A stretch of 64,000 bases of DNA from NCBI GenBank assembly GCA_046539325.1, contig JBKHHD010000002.1:53425-117424 (forward strand), read 5' to 3'. The notes beneath the pieces are model-generated. The model saw only the letters and a list, made by a program, of their open reading frames with translations, had not been told where the DNA came from and did no database searches. The DNA comes from Candidatus Aenigmatarchaeota archaeon. GTDB taxonomy: Archaea > Aenigmatarchaeota > Aenigmatarchaeia > PWEA01. A program made the position numbers and the translations under genes. Positions 55,686 through 64,000 of this stretch are shown one piece after another; the stretch's first letter is position 1, and each line of letters starts with the position of its first letter.

Positions 55686-56351
55686 ATGTCTATGAGAAAC
55701 TTAAAGGCTATCATATTCGACATGGACGGGGTTCTTGTAGACAGTATGGAATACCATGTCCGCTCCTTTGACAAGTCTCTAAAGGAAGTTGGAATAGATA
55801 TCGATGAAAAGGACGTCTACAGGTTGGAGGGCAAAGGCTCAAAGCTAGTCATAAAGGGACTTCTTGAAGAGGAAGGGATGGAAGTCAAGAAAGAGATACT
55901 AGACGAGCTTGTGGAGAGAAAAAGAGAGATATTTGACGAGATAGAAAGAATCAAGATCTTCCCTGAAATCAAAGAACTGTTGGAGGAACTGAAGAGTATC
56001 TTTGACCTCGGACTTGTAACAGGAAGTAACAGAGAGACTGTCGAGAGCTTCCTTGATAAATACTTTCAAGGGATATTCGATATTGTTGTCACAGAAGAAG
56101 ACACTAAAGAAAAGAAGCCTGATCCTGCTCCATTTATGAAAGGCCTTAAAAAGCTGGGAAGGAAAAAGGAAGAGATCATAGTGGTGGAGAACGCGCCCCT
56201 CGGCGTTGAGTCTGCAAAGAACGCAGGCCTTGAATGCTGGGCTGTAGCTACTTACTTGGAAGCTAACTTACTTAAAGAAGCTGGGGCAGATAAGGTCTTC
56301 GAAGACCACGAAAACCTTGTTAAGTATATGAAGGAAAAACTACTCAACTGA
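55686..56351 (+). CDS. HAD-superfamily phosphatase
   Basis: FDMDGVLVD, KKPDP, VVENAPLG. Confidence 0.93.
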   Translation: MSMRNLKAIIFDMDGVLVDSMEYHVRSFDKSLKEVGIDIDEKDVYRLEGKGSKLVIKGLLEEEGMEVKKEILDELVERKREIFDEIERIKIFPEIKELLEELKSIFDLGLVTGSNRETVESFLDKYFQGIFDIVVTEEDTKEKKPDPAPFMKGLKKLGRKKEEIIVVENAPLGVESAKNAGLECWAVATYLEANLLKEAGADKVFEDHENLVKYMKEKLLN

Positions 56352-56405
56352 AGGCTTTCGGCTCACAAAAGCTTTATATTTTTAGACAGCAAATTTACGT
56401 ACCGA

Positions 56406-56517
56406 GCGGTTGTGGTCTAGTGGCTAGGGATTGACGTAGGCGGAAAACCTACGTCCTCAGCTAAGACACGGCCCTGCCACGGCCGTAGCCCGGGTTCAAA
56501 TCCCGGCAACCGCACCA
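56406..56517 (+). tRNA. tRNA-Gly(GCC) with D-arm intron (~56428-56464), CCA encoded
   Basis: CGGCC-CT-GCC-AC-GGCCG; BHB GGCT/AGCT. Confidence 0.9.
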
Positions 56518-56527
56518 TTTTAAAACC

Positions 56528-57196
56528 ATGGCTCTGAGGAATATTCTGGCGGAAAGGAGAAGGGAAATTCCTTTTCTGATATTCATATCTTTTTTGCTTT
56601 CCTTTTTAGCTGCAAGGATATACGTCTACCTCCTTGTCCCTGGCTGGGCAGGCGGGGATATATTTCCCTAGGAAAAATACATAATACACCACTTCTACTA
56701 TGGAATAGCTTTGATTATAATAGCAGGATGGATATCACTTGACCATAAAAACAAGAACCTGGAAAGGCTTAGTGCTATCCTTTACGGCCTTGGTCTGGGT
56801 ATTTTCTTTGATGAAATAGGCTTGCTGCTTACAGAGTTCACAGACTACTGGGCAGGGATCACCTACACGTCAGTGGTTACAATCTCACTGTTCATGCTAA
56901 ACTTCATATTTTTTAAAGACTTCTAGGAGGAAGTTAGCTCTGAAATAAACGCGTTCGCGAAAAAACAAAATCTAGACCATGGTCCCTTGAATTTGATGGG
57001 ACTGGCCGATGTCTTAGACGAGGTGGAAGAAAAAATGCCAAGGACTAGCAAGGTAACAGCCGGTGCAATGGGCTTAATTCTGCTCGCTGGAGGAATACTA
57101 GTTATATGGTATCCTGAACTGATACGGTACTGGGTTGGAGGAGCCTTCCTGCTAAGTGGAATATCACAGCTGATCCGGACGGCAAGAGGGGACTAG
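56528..57196 (+). pseudogene. Membrane protein (IHHFYYG/DE type) broken by two in-frame TAG codons
   Basis: Single frame from ATG 56528; TAG at 56669 and 56924. Confidence 0.75.
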
Positions 57197-57231
57197 CAAG
57201 AAATTTAAATCTTGAAAAGAGAAGGTAGTGT

Positions 57232-57768
57232 ATGGGGCAAGAGTTTACTGGGGAGATTTATTCTGACTGGATGAAGTCCACTCAGGAGAAAAAGTACAGG
57301 GAAATCATCTTAGAGTTTATACTTCCCATCAAGGATAAAATAGATCTGAGCAGTGACAGAGTACTGGATGTAGGGGTAGGTAAAGGATGGTTCGAGAAGA
57401 AGCTACACGAAAGAGAGATTGAATCAAGTATTACAGGTCTGGATGTCGATAAAACGGACTTGGCGATTGAAGGAATCGACTTTGTAGTAGGTGATGGGAA
57501 CAGAATGCCCTTTGAAGACTCTAGCTTTGATTTTGTGATCTCATTCGATACAATCCATCTTCTAAAAAGGCCAAAGGAAATAGAGAGAGTAGTTTCAGAA
57601 GGAGGCTATGCTCTGATCTCGACATACTGCAACGAAAGAAATTTTAAAAGTAGAGGCGACAAAGTTAAATCATTGTTCGACATGGAAATATTGAAGGAGG
57701 GCGTAGTTGGTGATCCAAGCCACGAAATGAGCTACGTGGTGCTTTTCAGAAATGGGTCCGTGGTCTAG
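57232..57768 (+). CDS. Class I SAM-dependent methyltransferase
   Basis: VLDVGVGKG, MPFEDSSFDFV. Confidence 0.88.
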   Translation: MGQEFTGEIYSDWMKSTQEKKYREIILEFILPIKDKIDLSSDRVLDVGVGKGWFEKKLHEREIESSITGLDVDKTDLAIEGIDFVVGDGNRMPFEDSSFDFVISFDTIHLLKRPKEIERVVSEGGYALISTYCNERNFKSRGDKVKSLFDMEILKEGVVGDPSHEMSYVVLFRNGSVV

Positions 57769-57881
57769 TGGCTAAGAACCTTTTCCGCTGACGCGCAAAA
57801 CGTTCACGAAAAGGATTGTCCACAAATGACGTCGCCTTGACATGGCGAAGGTCCCCCGTTCAAATCGGGGCGGACCCACCA
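57754..57881 (+). tRNA. tRNA-Val(GAC) with D-loop intron (~57774-57825), CCA encoded
   Basis: GGGTCCG/CGGACCC acceptor, TCGCC-TT-GAC-AT-GGCGA. Confidence 0.9.
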
Positions 57882-57924
57882 CTCCTCTCTACAATACTGA
57901 AGAAAAGCAATGAAAGCTAAGCCA

Positions 57925-58821
57925 TTAAATTTCTTCCTGAACCTTGACTGAAGTCTGGTCGTCTATGTAGTATCCGTAGTCGAGGTCCACATCGATCGGA
58001 ATCTCTTCGAAGTCTGAGTCACCCGTGTAATTGGCCTCGCAAATGACCTGGAAATCATCGCCATCTCTGACCGTTACATCCCCACTGCAATCCTCATCAT
58101 TTATCCAATCGACATTGTCCGGCAGATCAATACTGACGTTTATATCGTGTAGATCATCACTATCTGGACTTGCATGGCCATCGGTATGGTAGGGAACGCC
58201 CTTTCCCTTGTTCTTTCCTTCTATGTAGAACCTGAAGTCCTTTGCACCCGATTTATCCTCAACAAGCGTCGGTGAGGCACCATCTATGCTTACAGAAAAC
58301 GGTCCATCGGATACTCTGGATACACCCATGCTAGGTATTTCATCGCCTGCCCGAGACCTCTCCTTGTACTCGTCCTTCATCATTACAGGAAGTAAAACTC
58401 TAGCGTTGGTGTTATACTTATAATAAACTCTGCTCTTTATATCGAGGTTCTCGGGACCTACGGATATTTCAGGAGCGTTCATCTCCGCATCAAACGTGTG
58501 CATCTCCCCCTCAAAGTCCTGTGAGGGAGGATCAAGGTTTATTGTGGTAGTAGTATCTAAGTCACCCTCTGTCGCTCCGCTTTTCTGCGTTATCTCGGCC
58601 TGAACATCCTCGGCGGTCACGCCTCCCACGTTCTTGACATCCAGGAGAAGGTCAAAGGAATCACCCGAAAAGACTTCGGAAGGTATGGACTCAAAAGAAG
58701 TTATCTTTAACCCTTGGCCAGTCTCTTCCTCACTACCTCCGCCGAACTCAATACAGCCAGAGGAAAATACTAGGGAAGCCGCGAGCAAAACAATCAGAAA
58801 ACCCTTTTTTACCGAAGCCAT
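57925..58821 (-). CDS. Putative lipoprotein with Ig-like domains
   Basis: Signal ending SSGC; paralogous to next two ORFs. Confidence 0.75.
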   Translation of the reverse strand: MASVKKGFLIVLLAASLVFSSGCIEFGGGSEEETGQGLKITSFESIPSEVFSGDSFDLLLDVKNVGGVTAEDVQAEITQKSGATEGDLDTTTTINLDPPSQDFEGEMHTFDAEMNAPEISVGPENLDIKSRVYYKYNTNARVLLPVMMKDEYKERSRAGDEIPSMGVSRVSDGPFSVSIDGASPTLVEDKSGAKDFRFYIEGKNKGKGVPYHTDGHASPDSDDLHDINVSIDLPDNVDWINDEDCSGDVTVRDGDDFQVICEANYTGDSDFEEIPIDVDLDYGYYIDDQTSVKVQEEI

Positions 58822-58897
58822 ACTACCTTAAGATAAGGTTTGACTCTCTTATTTATAAACTTTGTCCTTTATCTACCTTTCCATCCACTTGTTCAAT

Positions 58898-59794
58898 CTA
58901 TGGTTCCAAACTAACGGTATAACTTCCGTCCTTCACGTACGTATAGCCAACATCTATATGAAATGTTCCCGTCACCGATGTGTCTATACTGTCTTCCAAA
59001 GAGAACTTACAGGAGGTTTTTGCTGTCCCACCGTCTCTGATATCGGTCTCATGAAAGTAAATTTTATTTCCATTTTTCGTTGAACTTCTTCCTTGGCAAC
59101 TCTCCAGACTCAATATATCCTGTGGATACGACATAATGATGTCTCCTTCATCTATAGCTCTACCCCGGACGAATCCATCACCCTTGTTTTCCAGATGGAA
59201 ATGAACTAAAAAATCATCTCCTGCCATCATCGGCTGTTCCTCGGAAACATTGGCCATTATCTCTACAGGCGTTTTTGTTTTTTCGTAACGAACGTCGGAA
59301 AGTTTGTCGAGGTCTCCTGCCTTCTCGCGGAGAATATACTCATCTTCGCTGAGTGCTCTTACATTGAAAACCGCCCTGGCCATTGAGTCGTAGGATACTC
59401 TATATCTCATATCACAGGTCCTTCCCATGTTAATATCATTAGGTGCACTAAAGTTCCAGTTAACCGTCCTTTTCTCACCTGATTCGATGTTATTTGCGGG
59501 GATCTCATCAAGTTTTCCCTCACTGAATACACAGCTATCTACGCTCTCCAGACTGACGTTTTCAAGAGTAGTATTCCCGGTGTTCGCCACATCGAAGAAG
59601 GCCTCCATTCGCCTTCCAGGACGGACGGTCGATGGAGATGGATTCACATTCACAGAGATCTCTTCACGAAGGATGTATTCCGGTTCACCCAGCCCCAGAA
59701 GGCCTACCTCGGAAAAACTAAGTTTGGATGTACTTACACAACCAGAAATAGCCAAAGTAGAAGCAAAAAGCATTAAGAGAGCTATCTTTTTCAT
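58898..59794 (-). CDS. Putative lipoprotein with Ig-like domains
   Basis: Signal ending ISGC; N.G..L.NV and Y.Y motifs. Confidence 0.75.
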   Translation of the reverse strand: MKKIALLMLFASTLAISGCVSTSKLSFSEVGLLGLGEPEYILREEISVNVNPSPSTVRPGRRMEAFFDVANTGNTTLENVSLESVDSCVFSEGKLDEIPANNIESGEKRTVNWNFSAPNDINMGRTCDMRYRVSYDSMARAVFNVRALSEDEYILREKAGDLDKLSDVRYEKTKTPVEIMANVSEEQPMMAGDDFLVHFHLENKGDGFVRGRAIDEGDIIMSYPQDILSLESCQGRSSTKNGNKIYFHETDIRDGGTAKTSCKFSLEDSIDTSVTGTFHIDVGYTYVKDGSYTVSLEP

Positions 59795-59802
59795 CCTATC
59801 CT

Positions 59803-60768
59803 CTAAAGTGTGGGCTCTACGGTCACAGATTTCTCTCCGTAAAGCGTGTACCTGTAATTATCAATATCAACCTTTACCTGGAAGCTGCTAAGTGGCTCAC
59901 TGAAGGGATAACCCTTATTGTCATTGTTCAACTCGTTCTCCGGGTACAGTCTGCAGCTTATCGGAGGCGTCTCGCCATCAATGAAGGGGAGATTTTTGTT
60001 ATCTCCTCCGAGGGAATGTCTACAACCAGTCCTCCAATCTCCGTCATCTTCTAAATTACCTTCTAAATAAGAATTCTTACCAAGTTGATATTCATCGGTA
60101 TTGTTATAACTTATATTGATGCTGACATCTTCAGGGCTGATGTCCTCTAGCTTCCCAGCACCGGCATTTCTGAGTCTGACCTGGAAAGGTATCGAGCTGC
60201 TATTTCTAAAGGGTTGTGACCCTGAAAACTCTACATCCACCTTCAACGGACCTCTAGCCTTTCTTGTCGAAGGAGAAACCTGTGCCACATCGTCATCGCT
60301 TGAAACGTCTTCATCGACAACATAAAGATCGGCACGGCTGTGTGCCTCGAAGTCATACTCAACGTAGTACTTAAGCGGGCAAGCACCGGTCATATCTCCA
60401 AGCTCATCATTGGAAGGTGCTTCAAGACTCCACTCCATGACCCTGGTCGATTCTTCAAAAATATTTTGTTCGCCATCCAGACCTGGTTGATCATTAATAT
60501 CACACTTACCTGTGTCGTAGAGGTCTACCTTAACGTTTTTGGCACTCTCCCGCTGAAACAGGTTCTCCAACTGAAAGGAGAACTCAAAAACATCTCCTCC
60601 ATTTACAGTAGAAGGATCTACAACAGGATCTTCTATAGACAAAACATCATCAGGCTCCTCCGTTTCCTGAGCACCTGCACCCATGAGATCACCCAGGTTG
60701 GTACCTTCAACACAACCGGAAATAAAGAGGACAAGAGAAATGAAAAGTACTAGAATCGCAGCCTTTTT
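59803..60768 (-). CDS. Putative lipoprotein with Ig-like domains
   Basis: MKKAA..ISGC signal; GPL.V, N.G.G and YRY motifs shared with paralogs. Confidence 0.75.
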   Translation of the reverse strand, partial: KKAAILVLFISLVLFISGCVEGTNLGDLMGAGAQETEEPDDVLSIEDPVVDPSTVNGGDVFEFSFQLENLFQRESAKNVKVDLYDTGKCDINDQPGLDGEQNIFEESTRVMEWSLEAPSNDELGDMTGACPLKYYVEYDFEAHSRADLYVVDEDVSSDDDVAQVSPSTRKARGPLKVDVEFSGSQPFRNSSSIPFQVRLRNAGAGKLEDISPEDVSINISYNNTDEYQLGKNSYLEGNLEDDGDWRTGCRHSLGGDNKNLPFIDGETPPISCRLYPENELNNDNKGYPFSEPLSSFQVKVDIDNYRYTLYGEKSVTVEPTL

Positions 60769-60846
60769 CATACAATCACTATCCACACTTACATTCCGTG
60801 ACAATATAAATGTTTGGGATTTGATACTTTGTAAAAGGTCTTTCCA

Positions 60847-63414
60847 TTATTCCTCCTCGTCGTCATACATAACCTCTATACTACTTGTTGTCTCCATTGC
60901 ATACCTGTAACTCATATCGATGCGGAGATCATAGGTTCTTGAAGGAACATCAGAAAGTTCATCGACCTCGACATCACAGCTAACGGTGATACTATTATAC
61001 TCCTTGTCCTTGGCTTGTAGGCCTTCGGCGTCTATCTTATCAAATTCTTTCTCCAGTTTATCCTTGATATTACACTCATCCAGTTCGTCTTCGCCATCTT
61101 TTAGCCACTCGGCATTCGACGTGGTTATATCGATATCCTCCAACTTGGAAAGGGGCATATATCCACTGTCCCTGTTCTTCAAGGTTACTGTGAGGGAAAT
61201 GGATTCATCCCCCTCTATGGGTTGTTGACGAGACGCAGCCATTCCAATTTCAATCGGTCCCCATTCGTAAGTAGATTCCGGGTTGCGAAAATCGATCTCA
61301 TCTCTGGCAGATCTGTCCATAAATTCAGAACTGTTCATTATCTCAACATCCAAGACAGAGGAAGTATTGACATTATATTCCGCCTCTACTCCATACTTAA
61401 GCTGATCACCGGCAGGACTTTCCTTGAAATGCTTCTTTAGATATTTGACCCTGTACTGGTGTTCGACTCCGGGGTCCAATCTATCTATGTCACACTCTCC
61501 ATCATCATTACAGTGCGGGCCTACTATATCACCTCTTTCTGTAGCGGTATCCTTCTCGGATCTCCCTATGAACTCTGCTTTTTTTGCCTTTAAATCCAGA
61601 TCTCGAATAACAGGAGAATTAATGTATTCGTCGCTCTCTAATGCATTTTTTATGCTAAACGTAGAGCTGAAAGCTGTGGACTCTGGCTCATCGAGCTCGG
61701 TCACATCACTTACGCGCCCGATACCTATAGGGTCAAGTCTGCTTATCCCCAGCGCTTGATATTCCTTCTCCACTTCACCCTCCGCTTCGTACATCCTGTA
61801 ACATTCTACAGGGGACGAAAGACATGTCCAACCCTTGCCAAGTGTACCCTGAACCTCAGTAAATTCGCTCATAGCAGGGCTTGCTGTCTTCTGTACCTCC
61901 TGCATCTTGGCATTTACGGTAGGCCACCACTCCCCGAACACGGACTCACCCATTACATCGGGATAGCTGGCAGTCATCGCCATGAGGGCTATAGGCAATA
62001 TAATCACACCCATAATAGGCCTTGCCTCGGGAATAGGAATCGCAACCATAAGTCCCGTAGATACTACTACCAAGAAAAGAACCATGCCGATAGGACTGCT
62101 CGACACAGCAATAATCCCGGAAACCAGGCCTGCGAGACCAGCGAGGCCGTTGAATCCATTCTTCGGAGCCTTTCTCGCCACCCCGATAAATACATAAAGA
62201 CCTAAAACAAAGCCACCTATACCAATAGAAAGCTTAACTTCTGCACTTCTTCCAAGAAGAGCAAGGACAGGGGGAAGGAAAATAACAGAAATAAAAAAAG
62301 TCCAAAGAACCCGATGCCCCCAAGAACTATCCCCATCAGGAAGTTTTTTCTGAAGCCCATCACCCAGACCCTCGCCTGCTTCTTGAAAGGCCTTTGCTAT
62401 TTCCTCGCTCTGACTCCCCGTGAAGCCGCTATCACTATCAGTAATATTCTTCACATCTGGGACAATAAAGAAAAATGCAAATATCAAAGAACCGAGAGAA
62501 AGCATTAGGGCGGGATTGCCAGAAGTAAAGGCAGATGAAAAGGTCACCGCAAACATAAAGCCAACTGCACCAGAATAAACAGTTCTCATCAAAGTCATGA
62601 AAGCCTCGAACTGTCTTTCGTCTGCCTTACTTGAAGAGACCGTAGAAGGGAACAAAAGGACGCCAACAGCACCAATTATGAGCGGTATTAGATTAAATAT
62701 GGGCCTATTACCAACAAAAAACTTGACTCCTACCATAAGGGACAAAAAGCCCATCGTCTTAAACGCTGCCCTTATAAATCCGTAGGGCTTTTCCATGGGA
62801 AAAAATCTCTTCAGAGTCAGTAGAATCACACCACCAAGGATCCCTCCATAGGCGATTCCACCAACACCTAGAAGCGGTAAAACTACTGCAGCAATAGCTA
62901 TAACGCCCAAACTAGTCCCTACCTCTGTGGCAGAACCAGTGATGAGCATCCTTCCTTTACCTTTATCCGGCTCATCGAATGTATGACCACAATCTAAACA
63001 TATATACTCATTTCTAATACCCTTCTTTATGTTGCCTTCTTCGTCATTCTCATCCTTTTCCTTCTTTCTTCCAGATAAATCTGAAGGGCTGTCCAAAACT
63101 CCTTCATCATCCCTAACGGAGTCATGAATACTTCCAGTCATATTAAAGAAATCTTCTTCCTCCTCGTCCATGTCCTCAGAAGAAGAGCCCGAGTCTCCTT
63201 CTGCATCCATCATCTCCGGATCCTTCTTCTCAGAAACTTTTCTTGAGCCCTTCTTAGCCCCCTTGTACACCGTACTGGCCATCTTCCGTACATAATCAGA
63301 ACTGACGTCAGTAAACATCTTAGAAGTCTTCCTGACGGCCTCTTCGGCACTGTGACCTCTCTCCTTGTACTTCTCAACTGCCTTCCTTATCTTTTCTTTC
63401 GCATCGTCCGACAA
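60847..63414 (-). CDS. Large polytopic membrane protein with acidic N-terminus and extracellular beta domain
   Basis: CLDCGH knuckle, about 12 hydrophobic segments, C-terminal GPI.I / N..SG / YRY domain. Confidence 0.75.
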   Translation of the reverse strand: MSDDAKEKIRKAVEKYKERGHSAEEAVRKTSKMFTDVSSDYVRKMASTVYKGAKKGSRKVSEKKDPEMMDAEGDSGSSSEDMDEEEEDFFNMTGSIHDSVRDDEGVLDSPSDLSGRKKEKDENDEEGNIKKGIRNEYICLDCGHTFDEPDKGKGRMLITGSATEVGTSLGVIAIAAVVLPLLGVGGIAYGGILGGVILLTLKRFFPMEKPYGFIRAAFKTMGFLSLMVGVKFFVGNRPIFNLIPLIIGAVGVLLFPSTVSSSKADERQFEAFMTLMRTVYSGAVGFMFAVTFSSAFTSGNPALMLSLGSLIFAFFFIVPDVKNITDSDSGFTGSQSEEIAKAFQEAGEGLGDGLQKKLPDGDSSWGHRVLWTFFISVIFLPPVLALLGRSAEVKLSIGIGGFVLGLYVFIGVARKAPKNGFNGLAGLAGLVSGIIAVSSSPIGMVLFLVVVSTGLMVAIPIPEARPIMGVIILPIALMAMTASYPDVMGESVFGEWWPTVNAKMQEVQKTASPAMSEFTEVQGTLGKGWTCLSSPVECYRMYEAEGEVEKEYQALGISRLDPIGIGRVSDVTELDEPESTAFSSTFSIKNALESDEYINSPVIRDLDLKAKKAEFIGRSEKDTATERGDIVGPHCNDDGECDIDRLDPGVEHQYRVKYLKKHFKESPAGDQLKYGVEAEYNVNTSSVLDVEIMNSSEFMDRSARDEIDFRNPESTYEWGPIEIGMAASRQQPIEGDESISLTVTLKNRDSGYMPLSKLEDIDITTSNAEWLKDGEDELDECNIKDKLEKEFDKIDAEGLQAKDKEYNSITVSCDVEVDELSDVPSRTYDLRIDMSYRYAMETTSSIEVMYDDEEE

Positions 63415-63425
63415 TTACCTCACCG

Positions 63426-64000
63426 TCAAGAGTGATATCTGATTTCCTTAAGATCACTTTCCTCAAGATTTTCTACCTTGTCTATATTTTTAGAACCACA
63501 TCTGGGGCACTTGCCCTCAGGCCCATCAGAGTCCATACCTGTATGGAACTTCGACCAACCTCTCTTTGGCGCGCCCGCAATTTTCTTAAGAGCACTACCG
63601 GCCTTACCAGAAAGGCCTCTATCAGTCAAGAAGCCACCTTTTTTAATATTCCCTTCATTATCGACTGGAGAATAGAGAGCCTCTGAAACACTACTTTCCT
63701 GAAGCCTTCTTTTCTTTTTATTAGCTCTCATCAGAAGCTTATCCATGTAGTCCTTCTGAGGATAGGTTGTTTTTTCTCCTTCAAACGCCTTTTGAATATC
63801 CTTTATTATTTTGTTTAACTCTTCAACACTTGTAGCATTGCTGATTCTACGGTTAAATTTGTTAAATTTTTTATATACATGATCTTTTCGAAAGACGGAT
63901 GCTCTCTCACCACCAACTTCACCTTGATTTTTAAGGTCGCTTTTCCACTTCCTAAGCCAATCCTTTGTCTCGTCATCCTCCACGTTCTTAATCTTCTGCT
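63426..64000 (-). CDS. Hypothetical protein with CPRCGS knuckle (probably 5' truncated)
   Basis: Frame open to window edge; adjacent to downstream gene. Confidence 0.6.
   Translation of the reverse strand, partial: QKIKNVEDDETKDWLRKWKSDLKNQGEVGGERASVFRKDHVYKKFNKFNRRISNATSVEELNKIIKDIQKAFEGEKTTYPQKDYMDKLLMRANKKKRRLQESSVSEALYSPVDNEGNIKKGGFLTDRGLSGKAGSALKKIAGAPKRGWSKFHTGMDSDGPEGKCPRCGSKNIDKVENLEESDLKEIRYHS

Overview
Core-genome window of an archaeon, most likely DPANN (Aenigmarchaeota/Nanohaloarchaeota-like; inferred from the acidic proteome, split rpoB and rpoA, trimmed r-proteins and unlinked 5S). It holds the hisS 3' end, a 16S-tRNA(Ala)-23S operon whose 16S carries a group I intron with a decayed LAGLIDADG gene, RNase P RNA, an MscS-C39 peptidase/ATP-grasp locus, the str, S10-spc and alpha ribosomal clusters, RNA polymerase genes, 11 tRNA genes (10 interrupted; about 17 BHB-type introns, 11 non-canonical) and a lipoprotein/membrane cluster. 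Main discovery: 2'-O-methylation guides appear to be encoded inside the discarded parts of their own substrates. Three, possibly four, tRNA anticodon introns carry a D-box/K-turn plus an antisense element aimed by the D+5 rule at U34 or U39 of the host tRNA, and the rRNA ITS holds a full box C/D RNA aimed at 23S U1920 and U2552. Other highlights: the MscS-C39 fusion with three ATP-grasp proteins, an aIF1 gene that seems to start at ATC, a T-loop intron family in both orientations, and natural PTC substitutions. All assignments were made by eye; no searches were run.
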